Shown here in pieces: positions 37,947 to 52,280 of a DNA stretch of 64,000 nt. Positions within the stretch are counted from its first letter, which is position 1. Each line of letters starts with the position of its first letter. The translations under genes and the position numbers were made by a program. Where the stretch lies: positions 178,312,001 to 178,376,000 of the forward strand of contig OY740781.1 in the NCBI GenBank assembly GCA_963514005.1. Direction: 5' to 3'. The stretch is from Raja brachyura (taxonomy: Eukaryota). Under the pieces are notes generated by a model. The model was not told the origin of the DNA and ran no database searches. It saw only the letters and a list, made by a program, of their open reading frames with translations.

Positions 37947-39903
37947 TCTCTATACCTCTATAAGTCTTATCTTGTGTGTGTGTGTGTGTTGTATTTTCGC
38001 CAAAACACTACGATGTAGTGCTTAAATTTTGACTCACATTTTCCCCTCCATGCAGTGAGCAGGTTCACTTAAGATTTGTTGCTATATTTGTTGATTAAAG
38101 TTTAAAAAAAAAGACAAAACTGCCTTTTAAACCGACTTTCACACACAGATTCTTCAACCAGCTTCGACTGATGATGTCACAATGAGGTGGGTGGGCACGA
38201 TGGCTTGGGTCTGCGCCCGTTTCACTCACAGAATATTCCACCAGCTTCGAGTGACGTTGGGGGTGGGCCGCATTTCCAGAACATTCCTCAAACGCTTCAC
38301 CACCTCCCCAACGGTCGAGTGAAGATCCAGTTCTGCACTGCTTCATTCTCACTGCTTGATGCACTGATTGATTCTGACTTTGCGATCTTTAAAGATAAGA
38401 TCCCTATTTTGTTCTAATTCTTTGAATAATACTTCGCGATTTTTAAAACATTTATTGAAAAAAAATTAACGGTGGTTTTATTCAGATAGTTTCCACTGTT
38501 GTTAAAAGACCTCATGATTTTTCTCTTGATTGTTCTGATTCTTTGAATAACACTTCATGATTTTTAAGACATTTATTTCATTTGGAAAAAAAATGATTAA
38601 TGTTGGTTTTATTCCAATCGTTTTCACTGTTGCTTGAATACTACCGGGGGGGGGGGGGGGGGGGGGGGGGGCATTTCGAGAACATTCTTAAAACTACTCA
38701 AAAGACCGCGATGTTTCATTTGATTGTACTAATTCTTGTTGGTTTTATTCCGATCGTTGGTTTTATTCTGAACATTCCCGCTGTTGCTGTTGATTGAATT
38801 TGCACTTTAAAGATAACATTTATTTTAAAAGACTTCACAATTTTAAAATTGATTCTACTAATTAATTTTTAAAAAAACTTTGCGAATGGCCGCAGGCTGC
38901 TGATTGATTGATGCCCAATTGGTCCGGTTCCCCACGTAGGGGGAGCACAGCTCAACACCCGATTGGTCACTGTTCCAAGCTGCTGATTGATTGAGGGGAT
39001 CAACTGCCAAATCTTTAAAGATAACATTTCTTAAGATTTATTTCATTCCGCAGGAAAGACTCCATTTTAATCAAATTATTCCGTGTTCATCAGGTTATTT
39101 TAAACAAAAGACGCATTTTTCATATACAGTTGGAATTAAAAATAAATTTCATCGTGATTGATTTCATTCCACAGGAAAGACTCCATTTTAATCAAAGGAA
39201 TCTGTTCATTAACAATTGAGATTGTGTTTGTTTTTTTTAAAATCATGCCAAGAAGAGGGAGGAAAAGAGGTGCAGGATTGTCATAGAATGACAAAAGGAG
39301 ACAGCGAGAAGTAGTAAGGAGCAACAGGGAACTCAACGTCTCAGAGGTAATCAAGAGTGAGCGGGGAGAAGGGCACAAGAGACACAGCAAGAAACCACTC
39401 AACATCTCAGAGATAATCGAGAGAGAATATGGGAGAGAAGGGGCGCAAGAGACGCAGCAAGAAACAACTCAACGTCTCAGAGATAATCGAGGGAGAGAGC
39501 GGGAGAGAAGGGCACAAGAGACGCAACAAGAAACAACTCAATATCTTGAGAAACAACGAGAAAGAATACAAAGGGGAAGGGATGAAGAGACACGAGAAAG
39601 AGCCACAACAAGAAAGAACAACTGAATAAATATCATCGTTCACGCTTAAATTGTTGTTATATTTTAAGGGTTATTCACATTTTAAGCTTTAATAAATCAC
39701 TTTTCCACTTGCTGTGATCGTCTGCTATGCCTTCAGCCACGCCTGCACAGTAATGTCACACCTGCACAGTCTATGTCACAATGGGAACCCGTCAGCCGCG
39801 CCTGCACCATTGGGAGCTATGGGTGAGTGGTGGAATATTGCGTTTGGGGACCAGCCCTCCCGCGTGTCGCTGTCCCCGCTGCATTGGGTCCCACTTGGTC
39901 TAG
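37947..39903 (+). mobile_element. Internally deleted Helitron
   Basis: A|TC 5' end and CTAG|T 3' end, no TSD, splits a CR1-like tail. Residual ORF start MPRRGRKRG with 23-aa STPR-like repeats (39246-39620). Confidence 0.8.
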
Positions 39904-40269
39904 TGTTCAATAAAACTATGACAAATCCAACGTTCCAAATCCACTCTCCCACCCTGATTACTTTACGGATTATAAATCTATCTCCACTTTGAATATATCC
40001 AAAGATTCAGCCTTTCCTGGGATAAGGAATTCAGATAAGTCACCAATTTTTGAGAGAAGATATTCTTCCTTGTCTCATTCATAAATGACTCTTCCACCTT
40101 ATTCTGCAATGATGTGCGTTGGTCCCAGTCTTTACTACAAGCTGGATCATCCTTCCAAACCTGGCTGCCAACCCCGCTCAGGATTTCTATGTTTCAGTGC
40201 GATCACCTCTTATATTTTAAGTTACAACGAGTACACTCCCTTCCATTTCAACCTTTCTCTAATAAGACA

Positions 40270-41110
40270 ATCCAACCGGCGACAGGTACTGGAGACTGAA
40301 TTGTCGTAGCTTGTCGCGGGTGGATGTAGGTTGTCGTAGGTGTGGTTCTAAGTGGATGTCCTAATGGGTCGCTGGTTGGCGGTAGCTTGCTGTAGTTTGA
40401 CGCGACTAGGAGGTAGGTTGTAGTAGACATTGTCGTGGGGGTACAGTCGCCAGTTTATCGGCGACCTGCTACGACTATGACAGTCGCTGGCAGTTGCCGA
40501 AAAAAAATCGCATAAGTGGGACAGGTCCATAAGTTCCCCTGGTCCTCACCTTTCACTCCACCAGCCTCCACATCCAACACATGATTCTCCAACATTTCCG
40601 CCACCTTCAACCTGAACCCACTGCCAGTCACACCTTCCCCACCCCACCCCATTCTGCTTTCCACAGATACTCTCCCTTAGCAAATCTTGGGTTTACTCAT
40701 CCATTTCCACCTAATCTGCCTCCTCACAACATAAGGGCCTGTCCCACTTGGGCATCATTTACGCGACATCCTAAAAATTGGTTGGCACGCCGTGATGCGC
40801 GCATGGCGTGTGGCAAGGTGTGGTGGCGTATGCAATGACGCGCGGTAATGCTCAACATCCTCGCACACCACTTGCTTGATGTATCCTTTGCGCACGCTGA
40901 CGTTCTGGAGACGTACATGTAGCGCATGGTAACGAATGGTTACATGTAGCGCATGATGAAGCACGTGTAGTGCACAATGACGCACGAACATTGGATATGC
41001 TAATTTATTAAGCGTCACCGTGTGTCAACGTCCATAACCATGCGCCACCTGTACGCCAATGGCTCGCCATTTGCGCGTCATTTGAGCGCCGCACCACGTG
41101 ACCACCCGGG
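40270..41110. mobile_element. Two MITE fragments flanking a Penelope ORF fragment (40530-40730)
   Basis: Termini aagtgggacagg and agggcctgtcccactt; PLVLTFHSTSLHIQHMILQHFRHLQ is a Penelope-type RT/linker motif. Confidence 0.6.
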
Positions 41111-41499
41111 AACAGTTTGTGAGATTAAGGTTACAACTGACAGGAGTCTGGCCAGAACTGTGAACAATGATCCTTTCATGGTGCGAGGTGCTTGATTTAT
41201 CCTCATCACTCTATGTTCAGTGTGTCCATAAAAGTCATGTTCAGTCTTTAGTCTTTCAGTACTAGTTCCATAGTTGTTTGTTCTGTTAGTTGTGATATGT
41301 TCAATTTTTAGTTAACATATTTTAATGCTTTGCTCTGATGCCGTAAGTCCATTGTGCCTGAATAAAAAGTTTTAAACGCTTCCACTGGACCCAGCAAGTC
41401 ATTGAGAATTCAGTGATCCTACAGTACCAACGACGGAACAATGAAATACTTACTTGCAGCAGCATAACAGACCTTAAACACAACACACATTGATAATAT

Positions 41500-41940
41500 G
41501 TAATAAATAAGTTTATAACTACAATTCTAGTACAAAATACAAAACACTCAAGTCCTTAGTGCAACTAAAACAGTTATTTAAATAAACAATCATGTACGTT
41601 ACTATGGATTGTGTGATCCCTCTAAGTAGCATTGATGGGGAAAATCTGATGTATTTTCTATTTGGGCTGAGATGTGTGAGCTGTTTTGGTTCCAATGTTG
41701 AGATCCATTGGTGGGATCCACATGTCAGCGTTGCAGACCGATCCATATACTGATTGCTTGATCAAACATCACACACAGTCTGTGGATGCACATTGAGAAG
41801 ATGCTTTCATAAAATGGAGTCCTGTGTACTTCCCGTCAGACATTTGTCCTGTTGAAGCATGTTGTGTGAGTGTCATTGGCAGTGCCAGCCTTTATGTACC
41901 ACTCGATTCATGGGTATCCTTTGGAATTTAGGATGGTGCC
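41500..41940 (+). repeat. Duplication block C (empty-site copy)
   Basis: Recurs in pieces at 46118-46204, 47448-47555, 52240-52280 and 53190-53390. Confidence 0.85.
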
Positions 41941-44900
41941 TGTACATAATCTGAACAGGCACCATCCTGTATATCCATGTGCCTATCCCAAAACCACTTA
42001 AAATACTCTTTAGTTTAGTGATAAAGCGTGGAAACAGGCCCTTCAGCTCACCGAGTCCACACCGACCCCGCGCATTAATGCTATCCTACGGATATTATCT
42101 AGGGATAATTTACATTTATACCAAGCCAATTAACCTACAAACCTGTACATCTTTGGAGTGTGGGAATAAACCGAAGATCTTGGAGAAAGCCCACGTGGTC
42201 ACGGGGAGAACATACAAACTCCATACATTTAGCACCCGTAGATCAAACCCCGGTCTCCAACACTGTAATAGGTGCGAGGCAGCAACTCTACTGCTGCACC
42301 ATCATGCCGCTCAGTAATATTTAGTTTAGTCTAGTTTATTGTCATGTGTACTGAGGAACAGTGAAAAGCTTTTTGTTGCACGCTATCCAGTCTGTGGAAA
42401 AACAATACATGATTACAATCGAGCTGTGCACAGTGTACAAATACAGGATAAAGGGAATAACATTTAATGCAAGATAAAGCCCGGTAAAGTCCGGCTAAAG
42501 ATAGTCTGTAGTTCTCCGATGAGGTTGATGGTAGGTCAGGGCAGCTCTCCAGTTGGCGATTGGAAGGTTCAATTGGCTGATAACAGCTGGGAAGAAACTG
42601 TCCCTGAATCTAGAAGTATGCATATTCACACTTCTGTACCCTTTCCCTGATGGGAGAAGAGGGAATGTCTGGAGTGAGACTCGTTCTTAATTATGACAGT
42701 GGCTTTGTCAAGGCAGGATGAAATTTAGATAGGGTCAATGGAATAGATGTTGGATTCTGTGATGGTCTGGGCTGCGATCACCAATTAAGAACTTATTAAG
42801 CGGAGCACTAATTGCACGCAGATATAAACATTGATAGATGAACAGATTAAGATATTGCTCCAGTGAAGCAAACTGTGTGGATCCAGGAGTAACCAACCAG
42901 CCTAATGTATGCAAAGTAAATGGGGCCGGGATTACAGCCAATTCCATGCTCTTTCTCCACTTAAATATGTAGAATAATATCGAATCAACAAAAATTTTTT
43001 GGGTTTTTCCAAATAGTAATGCTGAGTGCTGATAATTACTGAAAGACTGCAAATTCCTGAGAGGACAGTACTTTTCAATGTACAGTCTGCTTTGATGCAA
43101 GATTTGACAATGGAACACAAATAAACATATTAAAGATGGAGGTAAACTCATGAGAAGCGATGGCCCATGAATACAGGTTGTGAAATGTTGTGCAACAACC
43201 CGTTCTAATTGTGTTGTGAAATCAAAAACAGTTTGAGTGCTAACTCATGGGGTCACCACCACAATTTGTACTCTATCATTGGTGAACGAGGGCAGGGACA
43301 TTATATTGAGCAGAATTCTCACAATTTAAAAACATTCAGTAATACTTAAAGGGAATTGTGATAACAAGAAAACATTTTATCAGATGGATCACAGCTTGGT
43401 TTGGGAACAGCTCCATCCAAGACCGCAAGAAATTGCAGCCAATTGTGGACAGAGCCCAGCTCAGACCATCATACAATCCATCCTTCCTTCCATTGACTCC
43501 ATTTATACCTCACGCTGCCTCGGCAAAGCCAGCAGCATAATCACGGACGAGTTGCACCCTGGCCACTCCCTCGAAGGGCTGAATGGCCTATTCCTGCACC
43601 TATTTTCTATGTTTCTATGCTTGAGTATATGGCAATAAAACTCGACCACTTGATTTTGAAGCATTCATGCATGGTGGAGGTATAATGTAGTCATAGAGTG
43701 ATGCAGTGTGAAACCCCTCCAACACCCTCCCCCCCCATTCAGTCGCTCCACTCCCTCGCCGGGTACCCCCCCCCCCCCCCCCCCAAGGCCAGTGATCTGT
43801 GATCATTCACCCCCCCCCCCCCCCTTTCAAAAGCGCTCCGTGGTCCCTGCTACACTATCTTGGGAATATCTCATCACATGGTGGATCAAGGATAGTTAGA
43901 GGTGGAAATAAATGTTGGCCTTTGCTTGTTTGAGATCTTGGATAATTTACCAAAAAGAGTTGCTGAGGGTTGTATGATTGATGTATAGATGGACGTTCAC
44001 AGAGCTGACAGACACACGATAGGACAAGCTGCCTTTTCAGTGCACCATCACTGCATCATTATTAACAGCATTGTGTCTCTGGCGACACGGACAATCAATT
44101 TGTATGTGAATTTAACGCGATGACAAGGCACAGAGTTGGGTGATAGGTTGGTTTGTTAGTCTACATGGAAACATATAATAGTGTAAACTGTGGGAGGGAC
44201 AAGAATCAGAGACAGGCTGGTGAAGTGAGCAGACACATGGTGAGTGAAATCTCATGGACCGAAATGTGAAGATAAATATTTGAGTATGAAGAGGGGCAAC
44301 ATACTGTAACTGGTGTAGTGACATTACAGTAGGAGGCAGATCCAAACGAGGGATCACACAAGTCTCTGGCAGGGCAAGTTTGGAATGGTGCACAAGGGTA
44401 GATGGTATCCTTGGATTTATACGTTAGTTATATTGAGAAATTGGAGAATCAGTAGGAAGAAAGGCAAATGCAATGTTAACATTTATTTCAAGAGGACTAG
44501 AATACAAAATCAGGGATGCAATGCTGAGGCTTTATAAAGCACTGGTCAGACTGCCTTTGGATTATTGTGAACAATTTTGGGCCGTATATCTGAAGAAGGA
44601 TGTGCTCATGTGGAGAGGGTCCAGAGGAGGTTCACGAGAATTGGCCTATCTCTCCCCCTCAACCACATTCTCCTGCCGTGTCCCCATAACCCCTGCTGCA
44701 CACTAATCAATAATCTATCTATGTCTGCCTTAAACATATCCATTGACCTGGCCTCCACAGCCTTCTGTGGCAATGAATTTCACAGATTCACCACCCACTG
44801 ACTAAAGAAATTCCTCCTTATCTACTTCCTAAAGAAGCATCATTTTATTCTGACGCTATGACCCCTGGTCCTAGACGCTACTGGTTAGAATCGTCGATCA

Positions 44901-45385
44901 CTACTCCCCTCCATCCCACAGATGCTGGGAGTTCCTTCAGCAGATAATTTATTGCAAAATAAAAATATGTTTGACAGTTTTAGCGTGCAGTTTGCAGATG
45001 ACACTAAAGTAGGTGGTATTGTGGACAGTGAAGATGGTTGTCAAGGATTGCAGTGGTATCTTGATCAACTGGGCGAATGGCCTGAGGAATAGCTGATGGA
45101 GTTTGGTGCAGGTGGGCGAGGGGTGTTTTGGGAGGTCGGGTTGAGATAGGACCTTCATGGTGTATGTGGGCCCTTGGCCGTGGTGGAGTAAGGGATGTAG
45201 GGGTGCAGGTATATGGTTCCCTGGAGTTTGTGTCATAGGTGGGCAGAATGATGGAGAGGGCTTGTTCTACATTGGCCCTTGAAATTCAGGGTATTTAGTG
45301 TGGAGTTTGGAAAGTTGTGTTGCAGTTGTACAGGACGTTGGTGGGGCTGTGTTCAGTCTTGGTCACATGGATGTCATTGGGCTGG
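41937..45385 (+). repeat. Segmental duplication block A'
   Basis: Copy of 25948-30133 lacking one unit of the internal duplication. Confidence 0.92.
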
Positions 45386-45699
45386 TCCACAGGGTATGCA
45401 ATTGTGCTTTATAATAATTTGTATAATGTGTTTTATATTTGTGCTTTATAACATCCACCGCCTCTCTGACCTGGCGCCTCCCCCCCACTGGCCACCTATA
45501 TTGGAATTGAATGAATAAATAAAAGAATGAACGTGTTTATTGGCCAAGTATTCAGATACAAGGAATTTGACTTGGCGCTCCGCCCGCAAGTGACATGCCA
45601 TACAGTGACTGTTAAGAATGATACATAAAACATTAATATTAAAACATTGTTGATTAAACATGCAAATTAAATAAAATACCAGAGCAAAAGGAGGCTACA

Positions 45700-46117
45700 G
45701 GGAAGTGCCCTGCAGCTGTCGGTGGCGGGGGGGGGGGGGGGGGGGGGGAAGAAAGGGTCCTACACCGGTACCTCCGACACACCTTGCCTAAAGCCGTGCC
45801 CCTCCCCCAGATGCAGGATGCACCCCCTCCCCCACCGGCCCCCGACAGCCACCACCTGAAGAATGCAACAAGAGACACAACACATATAAACCTCTCCCCC
45901 ACCCCACAGCCAAACACCCCCTCCAACTATACACCCGCCTCCCCTCCCACACATGGATGAGGGGAAATGAGCCGTGCTTGCGCAGTTAGGGGCTATGGGT
46001 GAGTGGTGGAATATGGCTTTGGGGAACGGGTTGCATTGTGGGAACAGGTGAGCGATGGAATATTATGTTGGGGAATGAGTTACGTTGGGGGACCGGGCCT
46101 CCCATGTGACAGTCTAG
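45700..46117 (+). mobile_element. Helitron 3' fragment
   Basis: Shares gctatgggtgagtggtggaatat..ggggacc..ctccc with 39795-39903 and ends CTAG|T. Confidence 0.65.
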
Positions 46118-46204
46118 TAATAAATAACAATTCAAAGGTAATAACTACAATTCTAGTGGGGGGAAAAAACACTCCTTTTAGTTCTTAAAATAAACAATCA
46201 TGTA

Positions 46205-47447
46205 TAACCATATAACAATGACAGCACGGAAACACGCCATCTCGGCCCTTCAAGTCCGTGCTGAACAACTTTTTTCCCTTAGTCCCACCTGCCTGCACTC
46301 ATACCATAACCCTCCATACCCTTCTCATCCATATGCCTATCCAATTTATTTTTAAATGATACCAACGAACCTGCCACCACCACTTCCACTGGAAGCTCAT
46401 TCCACACCGCTGCCACTCTCTGAGTAAAGAAGTTCCCCCTCGTGTTACCCCTAAACTTCTGTCCCTTAATTCTAAAGTCATGTCCTCTTGTTTGAATCTT
46501 CCCTATTCTCAAAGGGAAAAGCTTGTCCACATCAACTCTGTCTATCCCTCTCATCATTTTAAAGACCTCTATCAAGTCCCCCCTTAACCTTCTGCGCTCC
46601 AGAGAATAAAGACCTAACTTGTTCAAACTATCTCTGTAACTTAGCTGTTGAAACCCAGGCAACATTCTAGTAAATCTCCTCTGTACCCTCTCTATTTTGT
46701 TGACATCCTTCCTATAATTGGGTGACCAAAATTGTACACCATACTCCAGATTTGGTCTCACCAATGCCTTGTACAATTTTAACATTACATCCCAGCTTCT
46801 ATACTCAATGCTCTGATTTATAAAGGCTAGCATACCAAAAGCTTTCTTTACCACCCTATCTATATGAGATTCCACCTTCAAGGAACTATGCACGGTTATT
46901 CCCAGATCCCTCTGTTCAACTGTATTCTTCAATTCCCTACCATTCACCATGTACGTCCTATTTTGATTTGTCCTGCCAAGGTGTAGCACCTCACATTTAT
47001 CAGCATTAAACTCCATCTGCCATCTTTCAGCCCATTTTTCCAACTGGCCTAAATGACTCTGTAGACTTTGGAAATCCTCTTCATTATCCACAACGCCCCC
47101 TATCTTGGTATAATCTGCATACTTACTAATCCAATTTACCACCCCTTCATCCACATCATTTATGTACATGACAAACAACAAAGGACCCAACACAGATCCC
47201 TGAGGCACCCCACTAGTCACCTGTCTCCAACCCAACAAGCAGCCATCCACCATTACCCTCTGGCTTCTCCCATTCAGCCACTGTTGAATCCATCTTGCTA
47301 TTCCTGCATTTATACCCAACAGTTGAACCTTCTTAACCAACCTTCAATGAGGATCCTTGTCAAAGGCCTTACTAAAGTCCATATAGACAACATCCACTGC
47401 TTTACCCTCGTCAATTTCCCTAGTAACCTCTTCAAAAAATTCAAGAA
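46205..47447 (-). mobile_element. Young CR1 LINE, 5'-truncated
   Basis: 353-aa open RT C-terminal ORF (GVPQGSVLGP, SKYADYT); absent from duplicate block C. Confidence 0.95.
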
Positions 47448-47559
47448 GTATGTTACAATGGATTGTGTGATCCCTCCAAGTAGCATTGATCTGGAAAATT
47501 TGATGTATTTTCCACTTCAGCTGAGATGTGCGAGCTGTTTTGGTTCCACTGTTGTGTTA

Positions 47560-49166
47560 TAGACAATAGACAATAGGTGCAGTAGTAGGCAATTCGGCCT
47601 TTCGAGCCAGCACCACCATTCAATGTGATCATCACCAATCAGTACCTTGTTCCTGCCTTCTCTCAATATCCCCTAACTCCGCTATCTTTAAGAGCCCTAT
47701 CTAGCTCTCTCTTGAAAGTATCCAGAAAACCGCCTCCACCACCCACCGAGGCAGAGAATTCCACAGACTCACAACTCTCAGTGAGAAAAAGGGTTTCCTC
47801 ATCTCTGTTCTAAATGGCTTACCTCTTATTCTTAATATCTGGCCCCTGGTTCTGGACTCCCCCAACATCGGGAACACATTTCCTGCCTCTAGCTTGTCCA
47901 AACCCTTAATAATCTTATGTGTTTCAATAAGATCCCCTCTCATCCTTCTAAACGCCAGAGTAAACAAGCCCAGCCGTTCCATTCTCTCATCATATGACAG
48001 TCCCACCATCCCGGGAATTAACCTTGTAACCCTACACGGTACTCCCTCAATAGCAATAATGTCCTTCCTCAAATTAGGGGACCAAAACTGCACACAATAC
48101 TCCATGTGTGGTCTCACTAGGGCCCTATACAACTGCAGAAGGACCTCTTTGCTCCTATGTTCAATTCCTCTTGTTATAAAGGCCAACATGCCATTCGCTT
48201 TCTTCACTGCCTGTTGTACATGCATTGACTGATGAACAAGGACCCCCCCAGATTCCATTGTACTTCCCCTTTTCCCAACTTGCACCATTTAGATAGTAAT
48301 CTGCCTTCCTGTTTTTGCTACCAAAGTGGATAACCTCACATTTATCCACATTAAACTGCATCTGCCATGCATCTGCCCACTCACCCAACCTGTTCAAGTC
48401 ACACTGCATTCTCATAGCATCCACCTCACAGTTCACACTGCCACCCAGCTTTGTGTCATCTACAAATTTGCTAATGTTACTTAGAATCCCTTCATCTAAA
48501 TCATTGATGTATATTGTAGCTGCGGTCCCGGCAATGAGCCTTGCAGTACTCCACGAGACACTGCCTGCCATTCTGAAAGGGGACCGTTAATCCCTACTCG
48601 GTTTCCTGTCTGAAAAACCAATTTTCTATCCATGTCCACACTCTACCCCCAATACCATGAGCCATAATTTTTCTCACTAATCTCCAATGTGGGACCTTAT
48701 CAAATGCTTTCTGAAAGTCCAGGTACACTACATCCATTGGCTCTCCCTTGTCCATTTTCCTAATTGCATCCTCAAAAAATTCCAGAAGTTTAGTCAAGCA
48801 TGATTTCCCCTTTGTAAATCCATGCTGACTCGGACCGATCCCGTATCTGCTATCCAAATGTGCTGCTATTTCATCTTTTATAATTGACTCCAGCATCTGC
48901 CTCACTGTGGCGTCAGCTGATAGACAGACCACTTATGGTCGAACCCTCTTCAGTGGTTACGAGGGCTGTCACGTGACATCATGGGTTAAGGGGAGTGTCC
49001 TGCTACATAAACATATCTCACCTTGAGTTTTCCAGCCCAGCTTCCCATCCTGCACCATGGACACTGGACAATGTGAACGTTCCTACCACTTTGCACTCGT
49101 TTGCCCACTGTAGTTTGTTTTGTTTCTTTTCACTTTTTTACACTGTATCACCACGCCGGGTTTAAA

Positions 49167-49219
<53 letters not shown>

Positions 49220-52200
49220 GCATTGTTGCCGATGTCTCCCAGCCGTTGCTGGGTGCCGTATTGCTCAGGACACGATCCTTGCTGGTCCAGGCATGCGACT
49301 GTGTCTCGTCCATCCGGCAGCTTTTGCATTGGTCTCCTCGCACCCCTCGGCATATGGCCGGGATGGCCCACAGCCGGAGCATCGACTGTGCCCGCAGGCC
49401 CCACCGTCCCCGACCCACAGCCGGGGTGCACCGACCCACAGCAGCAGCCGTCCTCGACTATGCATGCGCACCTTCTTGTGGAAGGTTAACGCGTTCTATT
49501 CCTTCCTCCGGTTCTGGGGGGGTCCTGTGGTGTCAGCTGATAGACAGAACACTTATGGTTGAACCTTCGTCAGTGGTTACGAGGGCTGTCACGTGACGTC
49601 AAGGGATAAGGGGAGTGTCCTGCTGCATAAACATATTTCACCTTGGGATCAGAGAGTCGACAGGTAGCTGAGCTCGAGACAACACCGTCACTCAGCAGCA
49701 GTAGCACATACCTAAAGAAGCTTTTACCATGCGCCTTTATATTCTTGGCTAGCTTACCTTCGTACCTCATCTTTTCTCCCCATATTGCCTTTTTAGTTAT
49801 CTTCTGTTGCTCTTTAAACATTACCCAATCCTCTTGCTTCCCGCTCATCTTTGCTACGTTGTACTTCTCTTATATTTTTATACTGTCTCTGAAGTCCCTC
49901 ATCAGCCACAGTTGCCCCTTACTCCCCTTGGAATCTTTCTTCCTCTTTGGAATGAACTGATCCTGCACCTTCTGTATTATTCCCAGAAATACCTGCCATT
50001 GTTGTTCCACTGTCATCTCTGCTAGTGTATCATTCCAGTCAACTTTGGCCAGCTCCTCCCTCATGGCTCCATAGTCCCCTTTATTCAACTGTAGCACCAA
50101 CACCTCCAATTTACCCTTCTCCAATTGTAGATTAAACTTGACCATATTATGGTCACTTCCTCCTAATGACTCCATAACCTCCTTTATCAAATCCGGTTCA
50201 TTACACAACACTAAATCCAGAATTGCCTTCTCCCTGGTAGGCTCCAATACAAGCTGTTCAAAGAATCCATCACGGAGGCACTCCACAAACTCCCTTTCTT
50301 GGGGTCCAGTACCAACCTGATTTTCCCAGTCTACCTGCATTTCAAAATCTCCCATAACAACCACAGCATTACCTTTACTAAATGCCAATTTGAACTCCTG
50401 TTTCAACTTGCACCCTATATCCAGGCTACTGTTTGGGGGCCTGTAGATTAGTCCCATTAGGGTCTTTTTACCCTTACAATTCCTTAGTTCTATCCATACT
50501 GACTCCACATCTTCTGTTTCAATGTCACCCCTTGCAAGGGACTAAATTTCATTCCTCATCAACAGAGATACCCCACCTGTCTGTTTTTTCAATAGGAGGT
50601 GTACCCTTGAATATTCAGTTCCCAGCCCTGGCCCTCTTGCAGCCATGTCTCTGTAATTCCCACAACATCATACTTGCCAATTTCTAACCGAGCTCATGCT
50701 CGTCCACATTATTTCTTATACAATACTTTGACTTCCGTATTCACCTCCCCTCTCACATCGCTCACAATTGGCCCTGACCTTACTTTTTTTTTCCCCCCAT
50801 TAATTCGGGAGTCTTTTGTTTAGGACCGAGATGAGAAGAAATTTTTTCACACAGAGAGTGGTGGGTCTCTGGAATTCTCTGCCACAGAGGGTAGTTGAGG
50901 CCAGTTCATTGGATATATTTAAGAGGGAGTTAGATGTGGCCCTTGTGGCTAAGGGGATCAGAGGGTATGGAGAGAAGGCAGGTACGGGATACTGAGTTGG
51001 ATGATCAGCCATGATCATATTGAATGGCGGTGCAGGCTCGAAGGGCCGAATGGCCTATTCCTGCACCTAATTTCTATGTTTCTATGTAACTTTTCCTATA
51101 CTCACTCCTGCGTTAACCCCATCTTTATACTCCCAATTTGTCAATCTCTCCTCCCCAACTATTTAGTTTAAACCCACACGTGTAGCCCTGGCAAACCTGC
51201 CTGCCAGAACGTCAGTCCCCCTCCAGTTAAGATGTAACCTGTCCCTTTTGTACAGGTCACCCCTACCCCAGAAGAGATCACAGTGATCTGTAAATCTAAA
51301 TCCTTGCTCCCTGCACCAGCCCCTCAGTCACCCATTCAGATCCCCTATCTCCCTGTTCCTGTCCTCACTAGCATGAGGTTCTGGAAGCAATCCCAAGATA
51401 ACCACCCTAGTCCTGCTTATCAGTCTTTTTCCAAACTTTCTGAAGTCAGGTTGCAGAACCTCCTTCCTGTACTTCCCGATGTCGTTTGTGCACAACTACT
51501 GCCGGCTGTTCACATTCCCCCTCAAGGATGTTCCAAATTCAGTGCATGACATCTTGCACCCTGGCACCAGGGCGGCAACAGACCATCCTCGCATCTGACC
51601 TGCCGCCACAGAATCTCCTGTCCGCACCTCAAACAATGGGGTCACCCAACACCATGGCTCTGCCCGACATCCGTCTCGCCGGTCGAGTCTCATCTCTAGG
51701 ATTGGAGCCACTGATGTGTCTGCCGATCTGACTCGAAAGTCATCTCCCCCGACAGTTTCCAAGAGGCCGTACCCGTTTTCATTAGGCATTTCCCAGGTGG
51801 TCCAGAGGTGCCCCAACACGGTCCTTCAGGAGCTGAAGCTGGACGCACTTGCCACAGTTGTAGCAGCCAGAGGCCCCATCCGTGTCCCTGGCCTCCCATA
51901 TTCTGCAAGCATCACACTGTCTCATCTTACCCGTCATGTGTTCACCGCGTCCCGTCCTCACCAGGTTTTTGCGTAGCCTCCTCTCCCCCAGCCTCCTCGC
52001 CAAAGACTCAAACTTCCCTCTCAAGGCAGCTCAAGCACTGCTGCTCCCCTAGAGTGGCCTTGTTTATATTGGCTGATAAATTGCCTAATTTACCAATTTA
52101 CAAATCAAATTCCTCAGTTTTAAACTGTTTTTCCCCTCTGACTCACCTTTGATTCACCTTTCCCACGCGTTCCAGTCAATAAGCTCTTCTCCCTGCTTCG

Positions 52201-52239
52201 CTTTTGTTGCTGCTTCTCTGAGATCCACGTAAGCACAGG
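47560..52239 (-). mobile_element. Near full-length CR1 LINE with nested insertions
   Basis: ORF1 zinc finger (CDACRIW..CGKCVQLQLL) and esterase remnants at 51250-51960; endonuclease ORF 49870-50508; RT 47701-48900; (CTATTGT)n tail. An opposite-strand CR1 3' piece is nested at about 50815-51086. Confidence 0.92.
48906..49708 (+). mobile_element. Miniature LTR retroelement (TRIM-like deletion derivative of a gypsy)
   Basis: Direct repeats start TGTGG at 48906 and 49526; 3' LTR ends CA; G-rich PPT before 49526; internal IVADVSQPLLGA protease remnant; (TATC)n. Confidence 0.75.
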
Positions 52240-52280
52240 GCCATTGGTGGGATCTACGTGTCAGTGTTACAGACTGATCC

